Positions 8,596-16,837 of a stretch of DNA of 41,675 nt are shown here, piece after piece (position 1 is the stretch's first letter; each line of letters opens with the position of its first letter). The DNA is from a virus (Duplodnaviria > Caudoviricetes), in the IMG/VR virus record IMGVR_UViG_3300048577_000476, positions 1 to 41,675 of that record; one strand, given 5' to 3'. A program made the translations under genes and the position numbers. Under the pieces are notes generated by a model. That model worked only from the letters and a program-made list of their open reading frames with translations. It was not told where the DNA came from and made no database searches.

Positions 8596-9224
8596 GCGCG
8601 ATCTACATCACCGTCAGCACGGTGCTGGAGGCGGTCGCCGCCACCTTCGATCTCTCCGTGATGGAGCTGCGCTCGCCGCGGCGCGGCAGCAAGCTGCTGT
8701 GGATGGCGCGAGCGGCGGCCTGCCTGCTGGCACGCGACCTCACCGAGAAGACCTACCTGCAGATCGGCCACTCGCTCGGCCTGCGCGACCACACCACGAT
8801 CCTGCACGCCGTCCGGAAGGGCGAAACCTACTGCAAGACCGATCCGGAGTTTGCGGCAAAAGTCGCCGCGGCGCGCACCGCGATCCAGGTGGTGGCGCGC
8901 TCGCAGCTCGCCCGCCTGCTCGACGATCCCGATCCTGTCGCCGTCGCGCGCCGCCTGTGCGCCGACCCGATCCGCGAGGCGACGCAGGTATCGACGCTGG
9001 AGACGCTGGCGCTGGCGGTGCGCCTGCTCACCCTCGAAGACATTGCCGGCGGCGCGTTCGTGCTGCTCGGCAAGATGTTCGACGCGCCGGAAGGCTCCGA
9101 CATCCACCGGCTGCGCCAGGACAACCAGGCGCTGATCGAGGCCATCACCGAGACGCTCGCCTCGCTCGGCTACGGCGAGCCGGGCCAACCCACACCGGAA
9201 GCAAAGGAGACACTGCATGTCTGA
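8592..9224 (+). CDS. DnaA C-terminal (domain IV) HTH-containing protein
   Basis: VAATFDLSVMELRSPRR...ARAAACLLARDLTEKTYLQIGHSLGLRDHTTILHAVRK matches the DnaA domain IV signature (RDHTTVLHA). Confidence 0.85.
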   Translation: MSAIYITVSTVLEAVAATFDLSVMELRSPRRGSKLLWMARAAACLLARDLTEKTYLQIGHSLGLRDHTTILHAVRKGETYCKTDPEFAAKVAAARTAIQVVARSQLARLLDDPDPVAVARRLCADPIREATQVSTLETLALAVRLLTLEDIAGGAFVLLGKMFDAPEGSDIHRLRQDNQALIEAITETLASLGYGEPGQPTPEAKETLHV

Positions 9225-9846
9225 GGACGGCACCATCATCGTCGACGGCAAGATTTTCATGCACGACGCCCACGGCCACCTCGTGCCGAAGGAGCTGATC
9301 AAGCCGCAGCACCTGCTGGAAGACCAGACGGTGCGGAAGATCGTCAGCTACGCCCAGGAGCTGTCCGGCCAGATCGCGCGTTTCCGCGGACACACCTTCG
9401 ACGACGTCGCGGCCTTCGCCGAGCTGCTCGCCCAGCAGTACGGCGCCCGCGTCGGCGGCAAGAAGGGCAACATCACGCTGACCAGCTTCGACGGCCTGCT
9501 CAAGGTCACCGTGCAGGTGCAGGATCAGCTGTCGTTCGGTCCCGAGCTGCAGGTAGCCAAGCAACTGGTCGACGACTGCATCACCGCCTGGGCCGATGGC
9601 GCCCGCTCCGAAATCCGCGCCCTCGTGGAGCACGCCTTCCAGGTCGACAAGGAGGGCCGCATCAACCGCTCCGCGCTGTTCCAGCTCCGCCGTCTCGACA
9701 TCGAGGACGCGCAGTGGCGCACCGCCATGTCGGCGCTCGGTGATGCGATCCGCGTCATCGGCTCGAAGGAATACGTCCGCTTCTACAAGCGCGCTACGCG
9801 CGTCGAACCGTGGACGCCCATCACCATCGACCTCGCCGCCGCCTGA
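9217..9846 (+). CDS. DUF3164-family protein (common in Mu-like phages)
   Basis: DAHGHLVP...GGKKGNITLTSFDG...FGPELQVAKQLVDDC...AFQVDKEGRIN...SKEYVRFY. Confidence 0.85.
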   Translation: MSEDGTIIVDGKIFMHDAHGHLVPKELIKPQHLLEDQTVRKIVSYAQELSGQIARFRGHTFDDVAAFAELLAQQYGARVGGKKGNITLTSFDGLLKVTVQVQDQLSFGPELQVAKQLVDDCITAWADGARSEIRALVEHAFQVDKEGRINRSALFQLRRLDIEDAQWRTAMSALGDAIRVIGSKEYVRFYKRATRVEPWTPITIDLAAA

Positions 9847-9857
9847 AGGAGGACATC

Positions 9858-10337
9858 ATGCGGACCCCGCTGCCGGAACTCTCGATCACGCCGATCGGCG
9901 TGAAGGACATCGCCGACCTTGGACCCGCGCCGATCGACCTCGACGATTTTGCCGCCGCGATCGAGGCCAACACGCTGAATGCTCGCGCCGCGGAGATCGC
10001 GGACCTGGTGGCACGCTGGCTGGCCGGCGGCTGGTCGTGGCACCTCGAAGGCGCGAAGGCCGTCACGCTCTCGGCCGTCTCCAACTTCGATCCGCGCATC
10101 ACCCACAAATTCCACTTCGACCGCGGCGTGTTCGAGGAAAGCGAGATCGTCTGCGACGATCGCGAGCGCGGGCTTTATCTCGTGGTCGCCCCGCCGCCCA
10201 CCGACAACCGCGACGTCGCCTTCAGCCCGGCGCCGCTGCACCGCCTGGCGGACGCGATGATCGCCATGGACGTCGTGATGCCGCTCGGCGTCGCGGAAAA
10301 GATCGGCGGCGACCGCATTTCCGAGGTGCGGTCATGA
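9858..10337 (+). CDS. Hypothetical protein
   Basis: Strong RBS AAGGAGG; ATGA overlap with the next gene. Confidence 0.7.
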   Translation: MRTPLPELSITPIGVKDIADLGPAPIDLDDFAAAIEANTLNARAAEIADLVARWLAGGWSWHLEGAKAVTLSAVSNFDPRITHKFHFDRGVFEESEIVCDDRERGLYLVVAPPPTDNRDVAFSPAPLHRLADAMIAMDVVMPLGVAEKIGGDRISEVRS

Positions 10338-11020
10338 ACGCGGTGTCCGCCCAGCAGATCACGATCATCCGCACCCTGGTGTCGCGCGCCGGGATGGACG
10401 AGGACACCTACCGCGCGTTGCTGGCGCGCGAGGCCGGCGTCCGCTCGGCCAAGCAGCTGACCAGGATCGCAGCCGGCCGCATCATCGACCATCTGCGCGG
10501 CGCGGTTGGTCAGCCCGTCTGGGCCAAGGGCGCCGTCGCCGGCCTGGACAGCCCGATCGCCCGCAAGATGCAGGCGCTGTGGATCACCGGCTACAACCTT
10601 GGCCTGATCCATGACCGCAGCGACAAGGCCATGCTGGCCTTCTTGGAGCGCCAGACGGGTGTCTCACACACGCGATTCCTGGCGCACCCCTCGGAAGCAT
10701 CCGCTGCGATCGAGGCCCTGAAGTCCTGGCTGCGCCGCGAGGGCCGCGTGGCTTGGCCCCACGAGCCGCGCCGCGGCGATGCCGACATCCTCGATCTGAA
10801 GCGCGCCGTGATCGAGGCGCAGTGGGCGCGGCTCGGCGAGCTCGGCGACGCCTTCGGCCGGCACACGCCCGATCTCGCCACCTATGCCTCCAAGGTGGCC
10901 GGCCGCCGCGCCTGGGACGAGTTCGAGAGCTGCCACTACGACGCGGTGCAGAAGTCGCTCGGGCGCCGCTTGCGCGACGCCATCGTGCGCCGGCATGCGG
11001 AGGCGCGCCATGCCAGCTAG
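10334..11020 (+). CDS. gemA: GemA / Mu gp16 (DUF1018) family protein
   Basis: GMDEDTYRALL...GVRSAKQL...RKMQALW...AMLAFLERQTG...IEALKSW. Confidence 0.85.
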   Translation: MNAVSAQQITIIRTLVSRAGMDEDTYRALLAREAGVRSAKQLTRIAAGRIIDHLRGAVGQPVWAKGAVAGLDSPIARKMQALWITGYNLGLIHDRSDKAMLAFLERQTGVSHTRFLAHPSEASAAIEALKSWLRREGRVAWPHEPRRGDADILDLKRAVIEAQWARLGELGDAFGRHTPDLATYASKVAGRRAWDEFESCHYDAVQKSLGRRLRDAIVRRHAEARHAS

Positions 11021-11447
11021 CCGTGCCTGGTCGCGCCGTGACCACGAATTCTTCCTCCAGCTCGCGGGCAAGGGTCTTACCGCAAGGGCGATCGCCGTGC
11101 AGATGACGGAGAGGCTCGGTGTCGACGTCTCGCGGAGCGCGGTGATCAGCCGGATGCACCGTGCCGGAATTTGGCGCAAGCGGGAGAAAGCTGAAGCGCC
11201 GCCGAAGCGGCCCTCGCCGGCGCGCGTCGTCGCGCCGGAGCCTGCGCCGCAACCCGTTCAGCCCGTCGTGAAGCGGCGTTGCGACGACGTCGCAACCGTC
11301 GCGCTGCTCGATCTCCAGCCGCATCACTGCAAATGGCCGGTCGGCCATCCCGGTACGCCGGGATTCGGCTTCTGCGGCGACATGCGGGTCGACGGCACGC
11401 CGTATTGCGCCGGCCACAACCGGAGGGCGGTCAATGGCCAAGTATAG
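11010..11447 (+). CDS. gcrA: GcrA-family cell-cycle regulator homolog
   Basis: N-terminal W...GLTARAIA...VSRSAVISRMHR HTH and C-terminal LLDL...CKWPVGHP...FGFCG...PYCAGH, the two GcrA signatures. Confidence 0.88.
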   Translation: MPASRAWSRRDHEFFLQLAGKGLTARAIAVQMTERLGVDVSRSAVISRMHRAGIWRKREKAEAPPKRPSPARVVAPEPAPQPVQPVVKRRCDDVATVALLDLQPHHCKWPVGHPGTPGFGFCGDMRVDGTPYCAGHNRRAVNGQV

Positions 11448-11817
11448 ACCACCTCTGACACAGAAGCGCTGGACAGAGGCCATCGCCCTGCGCGCCACCA
11501 ACGTCCGCATGCGCAAGATCGAGCAGCTGCTCGGCGAAGTCGCCTACCTGTGGGGCGACGAAGATCAGTACATCGTCAACATCTGCGACGAACTCGCCCG
11601 CGAGATCGCGAACGCGCGGCTGGACTTCGTGGCGAGTGTGCAAGCGCGCGTCGAGGAGCGCGAGATCGAACGTTGCAGGCGTCGAATGATCGACCACGCG
11701 CTTCGGGTGCAAGCGCGGCGGAAAGCTGACGCCGTTTGCGATTGCCAGCACCCCGAAGAGACCGCCGGCGGGTTCAGAGCCATCAGCGTCGACTGCCCCA
11801 TTCATGGAGACCGATGA
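11434..11817 (+). CDS. Hypothetical protein with C-terminal CxC...CPIH motif
   Basis: Overlapping operonic arrangement; phage-like codon use. Confidence 0.6.
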   Translation: MAKYRPPLTQKRWTEAIALRATNVRMRKIEQLLGEVAYLWGDEDQYIVNICDELAREIANARLDFVASVQARVEEREIERCRRRMIDHALRVQARRKADAVCDCQHPEETAGGFRAISVDCPIHGDR

Positions 11818-12236
11818 TGCAGATCACCCATGTGCGCGTCCGCAAACTGACGTCGGGGCCGGGCTTCGCGCACCGCGCCGTCGAGGTCGAGGCGGTCCTC
11901 GGCGAGGACGAGAATCCGAGCGCGGTGCGCCGCGAGCTGGAGCTGTGGTGTGAGGCCGAGCTCGCCGGGAAGACGATACACGATCTTCATGAGGAGCTCG
12001 CCGAGCTCAAATGGACGATCGACAAGCTTCGCCGGAGCAAGACGTCGCTTGAAGTCGAAGTTGATTCTCTCCGCTCCGAGATCGCGCGTCTCGGCGGCGT
12101 TCTGGCGGCCATCAAGCTGAAGGAAGAGGACACCGGCCAGGGCGACATCGAGACGGCGATCGCGAAGCAGGACGAGGACCTGCGCGACAGCGCCGTAGTG
12201 GTGCCGCTGCGCGGACCCAATGGGGCCGCGACATGA
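11814..12236 (+). CDS. Hypothetical coiled-coil protein
   Basis: GGAGA RBS, ATGA overlaps at both ends, heptad-rich central region. Confidence 0.65.
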   Translation: MMQITHVRVRKLTSGPGFAHRAVEVEAVLGEDENPSAVRRELELWCEAELAGKTIHDLHEELAELKWTIDKLRRSKTSLEVEVDSLRSEIARLGGVLAAIKLKEEDTGQGDIETAIAKQDEDLRDSAVVVPLRGPNGAAT

Positions 12237-12928
12237 ACTCGCATCGCTGTCCCGCGGGACACTGCCCTGCAACGGTGCCCAGCCACATGCTGATGTGCGC
12301 GCGGCATTGGCGCATGGTGCCGAAGCCGTTGCAAACCGCAATTTATGAGACCTATCGCAGCGGCCCGACGGCGTCCCATCGTGCGAACATCGCCGAAGCC
12401 ATCGAGCTCGTGATCGCTGCAGAAGCTGGCCGTGCCGCCCCCGGCACCGTGCCCGGAATGAAGGCGCTCACGGTCTGGCAGCCTTGGGCGTCCCTGATCA
12501 TGATCGGCGCGAAGGCCTATGAGTTTCGCCGCTGGAATTTCACCGACCGTTCGCACCTTCGGCATCTCGTAGGTCAACGCATCGTCATTCACGCGGGAGC
12601 ACGTAAGCCGACGTTGGTGGAGTGCGACGACATCATCGGCCGAATCTATGAAGGCGAAAGCGCGCTGGACGCCGAGCTGGCCCTGCCGCTTGTCCGGAGC
12701 CTTATGAGCAGCATCGCTTCCAGAGCGCAACCCTCGGTGCTGCTGGCGGCTGCCCTCGGCACCGTCGTCGTCGGCGAGCCGCGTCGTTGCACCGACCTGT
12801 TCGCTGGCGTGATCGCCGACAGCGATCGCATCGATGAGCATATGTGGGCCTGGCCGATGACCGACCCGCAGCCATTCCCTGCGCCGATCCCGGCCGCAGG
12901 CGCTCAGGGCTTCTGGAACTGGTCATGA
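12233..12928 (+). CDS. ASCH-domain protein with N-terminal Zn-finger-like module
   Basis: ASCH motif KALTVWQPWASLI..GAKAYEFR...IVIHAG...GAQGFW; N-terminal HRCPAGHC...MLMCARHW. Confidence 0.8.
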   Translation: MNSHRCPAGHCPATVPSHMLMCARHWRMVPKPLQTAIYETYRSGPTASHRANIAEAIELVIAAEAGRAAPGTVPGMKALTVWQPWASLIMIGAKAYEFRRWNFTDRSHLRHLVGQRIVIHAGARKPTLVECDDIIGRIYEGESALDAELALPLVRSLMSSIASRAQPSVLLAAALGTVVVGEPRRCTDLFAGVIADSDRIDEHMWAWPMTDPQPFPAPIPAAGAQGFWNWS

Positions 12929-13152
12929 CCCGCCGCCCGCGCCGCATCGTCATTTCGTTCGATCGGATTCTTGCCGCTAGCGAGATGATCCGAAAGCAGC
13001 ACGCCTTCTGGTCGGCCGACGGCTATATCGCGACCGGCGCACGGCTCTATCGCTGCCGCGACGGCAGCTATACGGCGCGCGTCGTCTGGCGCAAGCGCGA
13101 GGCGATCGTCTCGACGGTCACCTGCACCGTGCAGGGAGTTGTCCTGGCATGA
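12925..13152 (+). CDS. Small hypothetical protein
   Basis: ATGA overlaps on both sides. Confidence 0.6.
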   Translation: MTRRPRRIVISFDRILAASEMIRKQHAFWSADGYIATGARLYRCRDGSYTARVVWRKREAIVSTVTCTVQGVVLA

Positions 13153-13556
13153 GGGATGACCTGCCCGGCGTGCTGGCGGAGATCGCGGAGGTGGCCGGCG
13201 AGGCCGCGGCGATCACGCTCGCGGCGCGCTACGGCGGCATCCGCGTCTACTTCCCGCGCCGCGCCGGCGCCGGTCACTGGCTGGTCGAGTGCGTCGGGCA
13301 GCGCGCGGCCGATGCGATCTGCGCCCATTTCGCCGCCGAGGAAGGCCCGGGCATCCGGGTCGACATCCCACTCTACAACAGCGGCGCCTATCCGCGCCTG
13401 CGCCGCGCCATCGCCAAGCGCATCCACGATCTCGATCTCGCCAACAAGTCATCGCGCGACATCGCGCAGCAGGTTGGCGTGGCCCAGCGAACCGTGCATC
13501 GTCACCGCCGGGCGCACCGCGGCGAGAGCGACGATGGGCAAGGAACGCTGCTCTGA
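13149..13556 (+). CDS. Mor/C-family late transcription activator
   Basis: LPGVLAEIAEVAG...YGGIRVYFP plus C-terminal HTH SSRDIAQQVGVAQRTVHR; last gene before the lysis/late region. Confidence 0.8.
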   Translation: MRDDLPGVLAEIAEVAGEAAAITLAARYGGIRVYFPRRAGAGHWLVECVGQRAADAICAHFAAEEGPGIRVDIPLYNSGAYPRLRRAIAKRIHDLDLANKSSRDIAQQVGVAQRTVHRHRRAHRGESDDGQGTLL

Positions 13557-13559
13557 CGC

Positions 13560-13604
13560 CTGACATGCGACAGGGTTAGCTCCCGAATTTCGGGATCGTA
13601 ACAT
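13560..13604 (+). promoter_or_regulatory. Late promoter 1 (Plys-like)
   Basis: CTGACA-TG-CGACAG-GGTT, then 21 nt, then TAACAT; same architecture at 21846 and 33994. Confidence 0.7.
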
Positions 13605-13630
13605 TCTCCCGGGTCGCACCGGGAATTTCC

Positions 13631-13999
13631 ATGATTATCGCTACTGCTACGGGCTTCGTCGACGTGGACGCCGCGCTGTCGCGCGAGTCCGACGCCCTCG
13701 ACAATCTCGCCGCCCAGGCCGAGATGATGCCGGACAGCTTTGCGGATATTGCCGCGGCGCTGTTCAGCGCGGCGAGCGAGCGCGCCTATGCACTGTCGAC
13801 GCTGCACATCGCAGCCGGCGAGATCGGCCCCGACAGCCCCGGCATCGGTCATTCGGTGCAGCTTCTCGCCAACGACGCACGGATGCTGCTGCAGGCGCAC
13901 CTGCTGTTCAAGCGGCTCGCCGAAAACGAAGATCGCGCCCGCTTCGCGCTCGGCATCCCGCGCCTCGACCTCCGCACGGGGGCAACCGCATGCGGGTGA
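13631..13999 (+). CDS. Hypothetical protein, first gene of the late/lysis operon
   Basis: Clean ORF between the promoter motif and the endolysin, overlapping the endolysin start. Confidence 0.65.
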   Translation: MIIATATGFVDVDAALSRESDALDNLAAQAEMMPDSFADIAAALFSAASERAYALSTLHIAAGEIGPDSPGIGHSVQLLANDARMLLQAHLLFKRLAENEDRARFALGIPRLDLRTGATACG

Positions 14000-14859
14000 A
14001 CTATCGGAAATGCCTGCCGGTGATCCTCGCCTATGAAGGCGGCTTCAGCAACCATCCGCGCGATCCGGGCGGCGTCACCCTCGAAGGCATCATCCAGCGG
14101 GTTTACGACGGCTTCCGCGCGCGCAAGGGGTTGCCGCGTCGCCCGCTGTCGGCGGCGATGCGCGGCAAGCCGGACTGGATCGCCGAGCGCGACGAAATCT
14201 ACCGGCTGCAGTATTGGGACGCCGTCCGCGGCGACGAGCTGCCGGCCGGCATCGATCTCATCATGTTCGACGGCGCGGTGAACTCCGGGCCATACCAGAG
14301 CGTCAAGTGGTTGCAGCGCGCGCTCGGCGTCGAGGCCGATGGCCACCTCGGCGAGGCCACCTTGACCGCCGCGAAGAATTTTCCGGACCACGACGCGCTG
14401 ATTGCCGGCATCTGCGCGCGGCGCTTGGGCATGCTGAAGAGCCTTTCAACGTGGCCGGACTTCGGCAAGGGCTGGCAGACGCGGGTCGCCAACGTCAAGG
14501 CAATCGGCCAAGCCTGGGCCAGTGGTTCGGTCGGGCCCGCGCCGGTTGCAGAGGGCAGCGGCCGCGCCTACGCCAGCGACGTCGTGCAGCCGATGGTTGA
14601 CGCCGGCACCGCCACGAAGGGTGCGGTGGGCGGCGGCAGCGTGGCCGGCCTGGTCTCGACCGCGAAAGACCAGCTGCAGCCCCTCGTCGGCACGTCCGAC
14701 TTCGTCGATCGAATCTATCTGATCCTGATCGCCGCCGGCGTCGTGATCGGGCTCGGCGCCGCGGGCTATGCGCTCTACGCCGACTGGCGCACCAAGAAGG
14801 CGCAGCGCGCGATCGACGGCCACGTGCTGGCCGAGGTTCCGGAAGGGCAGCCCGCATGA
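13990..14859 (+). CDS. GH108 endolysin with PG-binding domain and C-terminal TM segment
   Basis: EGGFSNHPRDPGGVT, FDGAVNSG, LQRALGV.ADG, FGKGWQTRV; hydrophobic IYLILIAAGVVIGLGAAGYALY near the C-terminus. Confidence 0.9.
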   Translation: MRVNYRKCLPVILAYEGGFSNHPRDPGGVTLEGIIQRVYDGFRARKGLPRRPLSAAMRGKPDWIAERDEIYRLQYWDAVRGDELPAGIDLIMFDGAVNSGPYQSVKWLQRALGVEADGHLGEATLTAAKNFPDHDALIAGICARRLGMLKSLSTWPDFGKGWQTRVANVKAIGQAWASGSVGPAPVAEGSGRAYASDVVQPMVDAGTATKGAVGGGSVAGLVSTAKDQLQPLVGTSDFVDRIYLILIAAGVVIGLGAAGYALYADWRTKKAQRAIDGHVLAEVPEGQPA

Positions 14860-15356
14860 CGATGTTGCGCAATGCCCTCGCGTGGTTCGACCAGCTCACC
14901 GCCGACGTGTTCTGGACCAGCGCGACATCCTATCCCGCCCTCGTCCTGCTCGGCCTGGTCGCCGGCGTCGCCTTCGTCGTCGCGCACCTGCCCCTCGTCG
15001 AGAAGCTGTTTCCGCCGGTCGCGCCCTACATCCGCGCTGCGTCGCTCGCGAGCGTGGTCGCCGCCTCGGCGCTGCTGTTCCTGGTCGGCTTCCGCGTCGC
15101 CGACGCTCGGCGCGAGGTGGATCAGCTGCGCACGGAGCTGCTGTGGAAGACGGTGCAGATCGAGAATCTGGACGCAACCGCGCGCGATGCGGAGCGGTTG
15201 CGTCAACAGGCCGATGCGCGCCTGGCGGAGACGAAGGGACAGCTCGATGAATGGCGGACGATCTATGGCGACAAGCCGGAGGCTGCTTGCGCTTTTACTC
15301 CCGACGATCTTGGCCGGCTGCGCGTCCTCCAGCGCCGTCGCGCCCGCCAGCCCTAA
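14856..15356 (+). CDS. Rz-like inner-membrane spanin (two N-terminal TM segments + coiled coil)
   Basis: Follows the endolysin; TM helices, then a helical periplasmic domain with a C-terminal Cys; overlaps a lipoprotein gene. Confidence 0.7.
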   Translation: MTMLRNALAWFDQLTADVFWTSATSYPALVLLGLVAGVAFVVAHLPLVEKLFPPVAPYIRAASLASVVAASALLFLVGFRVADARREVDQLRTELLWKTVQIENLDATARDAERLRQQADARLAETKGQLDEWRTIYGDKPEAACAFTPDDLGRLRVLQRRRARQP

Positions 15357-15543
15357 CGTGCAGTTGTCGAGGGAGTGCGAGACGTTGGCGAAGGAAAGTG
15401 AGCATCCGCAGCTGTCGCTGAGGACCAATCCGAAGCTCGCGGTCGGCGAGTATGCGGTGGCCCTCAACACGGCGAACGACAACCTTGGCGCGACGCGGGA
15501 GTGTCAGCGCCTGCAGCGCGAGCGGCTCGCGGGGGGAGAGTAA
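15265..15543 (+). CDS. Rz1-like outer-membrane lipoprotein spanin (overlapping frame)
   Basis: MATSRRLLALLLPTILAGC lipobox; Pro-rich linker and two more Cys; starts inside the i-spanin gene. Confidence 0.75.
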   Translation: MATSRRLLALLLPTILAGCASSSAVAPASPNVQLSRECETLAKESEHPQLSLRTNPKLAVGEYAVALNTANDNLGATRECQRLQRERLAGGE

Positions 15544-15544
15544 G

Positions 15545-15919
15545 GTGGGAGATTGGGGCCCCTATGCGAGCTGGGTTGCCGTCGCACTGTCGGCGATGGC
15601 GCTGGCTTATACGATCATCGCGAACAGACGCAAGGACAGCGACGCGAAGCTTGCGGCGATCGACGTCAAGCTTGAATCGAAGGCCAGCAAGAGCGTGGTC
15701 GATGTCCTGGTCGGCAAGGTCGACAAGATCGAGGACCGCATCACCATCATCGACAGCGACCTCAAGCACCTGCCGGACAAGGACGTCACGCATCGGCTCG
15801 AACTCGCGATCGCCAGCATGCGCACCGAGGTGCGCGAGTTGGCGGCCACGGTAAAGCCGATCGGCGCAACCATGGGACGGGTGCAGGAAGTGCTGCTGGA
15901 AAGGATGGCGGAAAAATGA
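15545..15919 (+). CDS. DUF2730 / Mu gp25-like membrane protein
   Basis: GTG start; N-terminal TM, then coiled coil with RITIIDSDLKHLP...HRLELAI; position between spanins and gp26. Confidence 0.75.
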   Translation: MGDWGPYASWVAVALSAMALAYTIIANRRKDSDAKLAAIDVKLESKASKSVVDVLVGKVDKIEDRITIIDSDLKHLPDKDVTHRLELAIASMRTEVRELAATVKPIGATMGRVQEVLLERMAEK

Positions 15920-16203
15920 GGGACGTGATCCGCGAAGAGGCTCGGCTGATCATCCTGCGCGAGCTCTATCAGCAGACGAACTATGCGCTGCACGATGGCT
16001 TGCTGCAGGCCGTCCTTGAATCGTTCGGCATTGCGAAGTCCCGCGACTGGATTCGGGATGAGCTCAACTGGCTGGAAGACAAGGCCGCCATCACCCGTTC
16101 CGATCAAGGCAGCGTCGTTGTCGCCCGGCTGACGCCGAAGGGCATCGAGCACGTCGAGCACCGGCTCGTCATCGAAGGCGTGAAGCGCCCGACCCCGAGG
16201 TGA
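15916..16203 (+). CDS. Mu gp26-like winged-helix protein
   Basis: RLIILREL...LNWLED...ARLTPKG.EHV...IEGVKRP; position before gp27. Confidence 0.8.
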   Translation: MRDVIREEARLIILRELYQQTNYALHDGLLQAVLESFGIAKSRDWIRDELNWLEDKAAITRSDQGSVVVARLTPKGIEHVEHRLVIEGVKRPTPR

Positions 16204-16207
16204 TGCC

Positions 16208-16837
16208 ATGGCGAAGGGCACCGCCAAGCGGGGGCGGCTGTCGTCGCTCGATACGCTGCCGGCTTGGGCCGACGAAACCAAGATGTGGGCTTTCGGGGAA
16301 TTGAAGGCGAGGCAGCGGGCCGCGCTGGAGATCCTCGACGAATTCAACGCCCGGCTGCGAACCGCCGCGTGGGAGAACGGCGTTACCGATCCGCCGCAGA
16401 TCTCCAAGAGTGCCTTCAATCGCGCGTCAATGCGCCTTGCAGTACTCGGCCGCCGGCTGGAGGAGACGCGCGAGATTGCGCGGGTGCTGGCCCCCAAGTT
16501 CGACCAGGCCGGTGACAACTCGGTGACGTTGCTCCTGGCCGAGACCATCAAGACCCTTGCACACGAGATGCTCTCCAATGCCGGCGAGCTTTCCCCGGAT
16601 GGCGAAACTGCCAACATGCTGATGCTGACTTCGCGGGCGCTGAAGCACTCCGAAGAGGCGAAGCGCATCAGCGCGGACGGCCGGCGCAAGATCGAGGCCG
16701 AGTTCAAGGAGAAGGCGGAAAAGGTCATCGACCGCGTTGGCCAGGAGGCCGGGCTCTCGGCCGAGCGCATCGCCCAGCTGCGGCGCGACTTCCTCGGCGT
16801 GAGGCCGAAGCCTGGAGGCGGCGATGCAGCAACCTGA
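16208..16837 (+). CDS. Mu gp27 (DUF3486) small-terminase-like protein
   Basis: RGRLSSLDTLP, ISKSAFNR, GLSAERIAQLRRDFLGV; precedes the large terminase. Confidence 0.85.
   Translation: MAKGTAKRGRLSSLDTLPAWADETKMWAFGELKARQRAALEILDEFNARLRTAAWENGVTDPPQISKSAFNRASMRLAVLGRRLEETREIARVLAPKFDQAGDNSVTLLLAETIKTLAHEMLSNAGELSPDGETANMLMLTSRALKHSEEAKRISADGRRKIEAEFKEKAEKVIDRVGQEAGLSAERIAQLRRDFLGVRPKPGGGDAAT

Noticed and set aside
9596-10333. 474-aa version of GemA and similarly over-extended ORF starts (24513, 26783, 14872)
   Set aside because: The upstream parts overlap other real genes; internal starts, mostly with stop/start coupling, fit the known family sizes.
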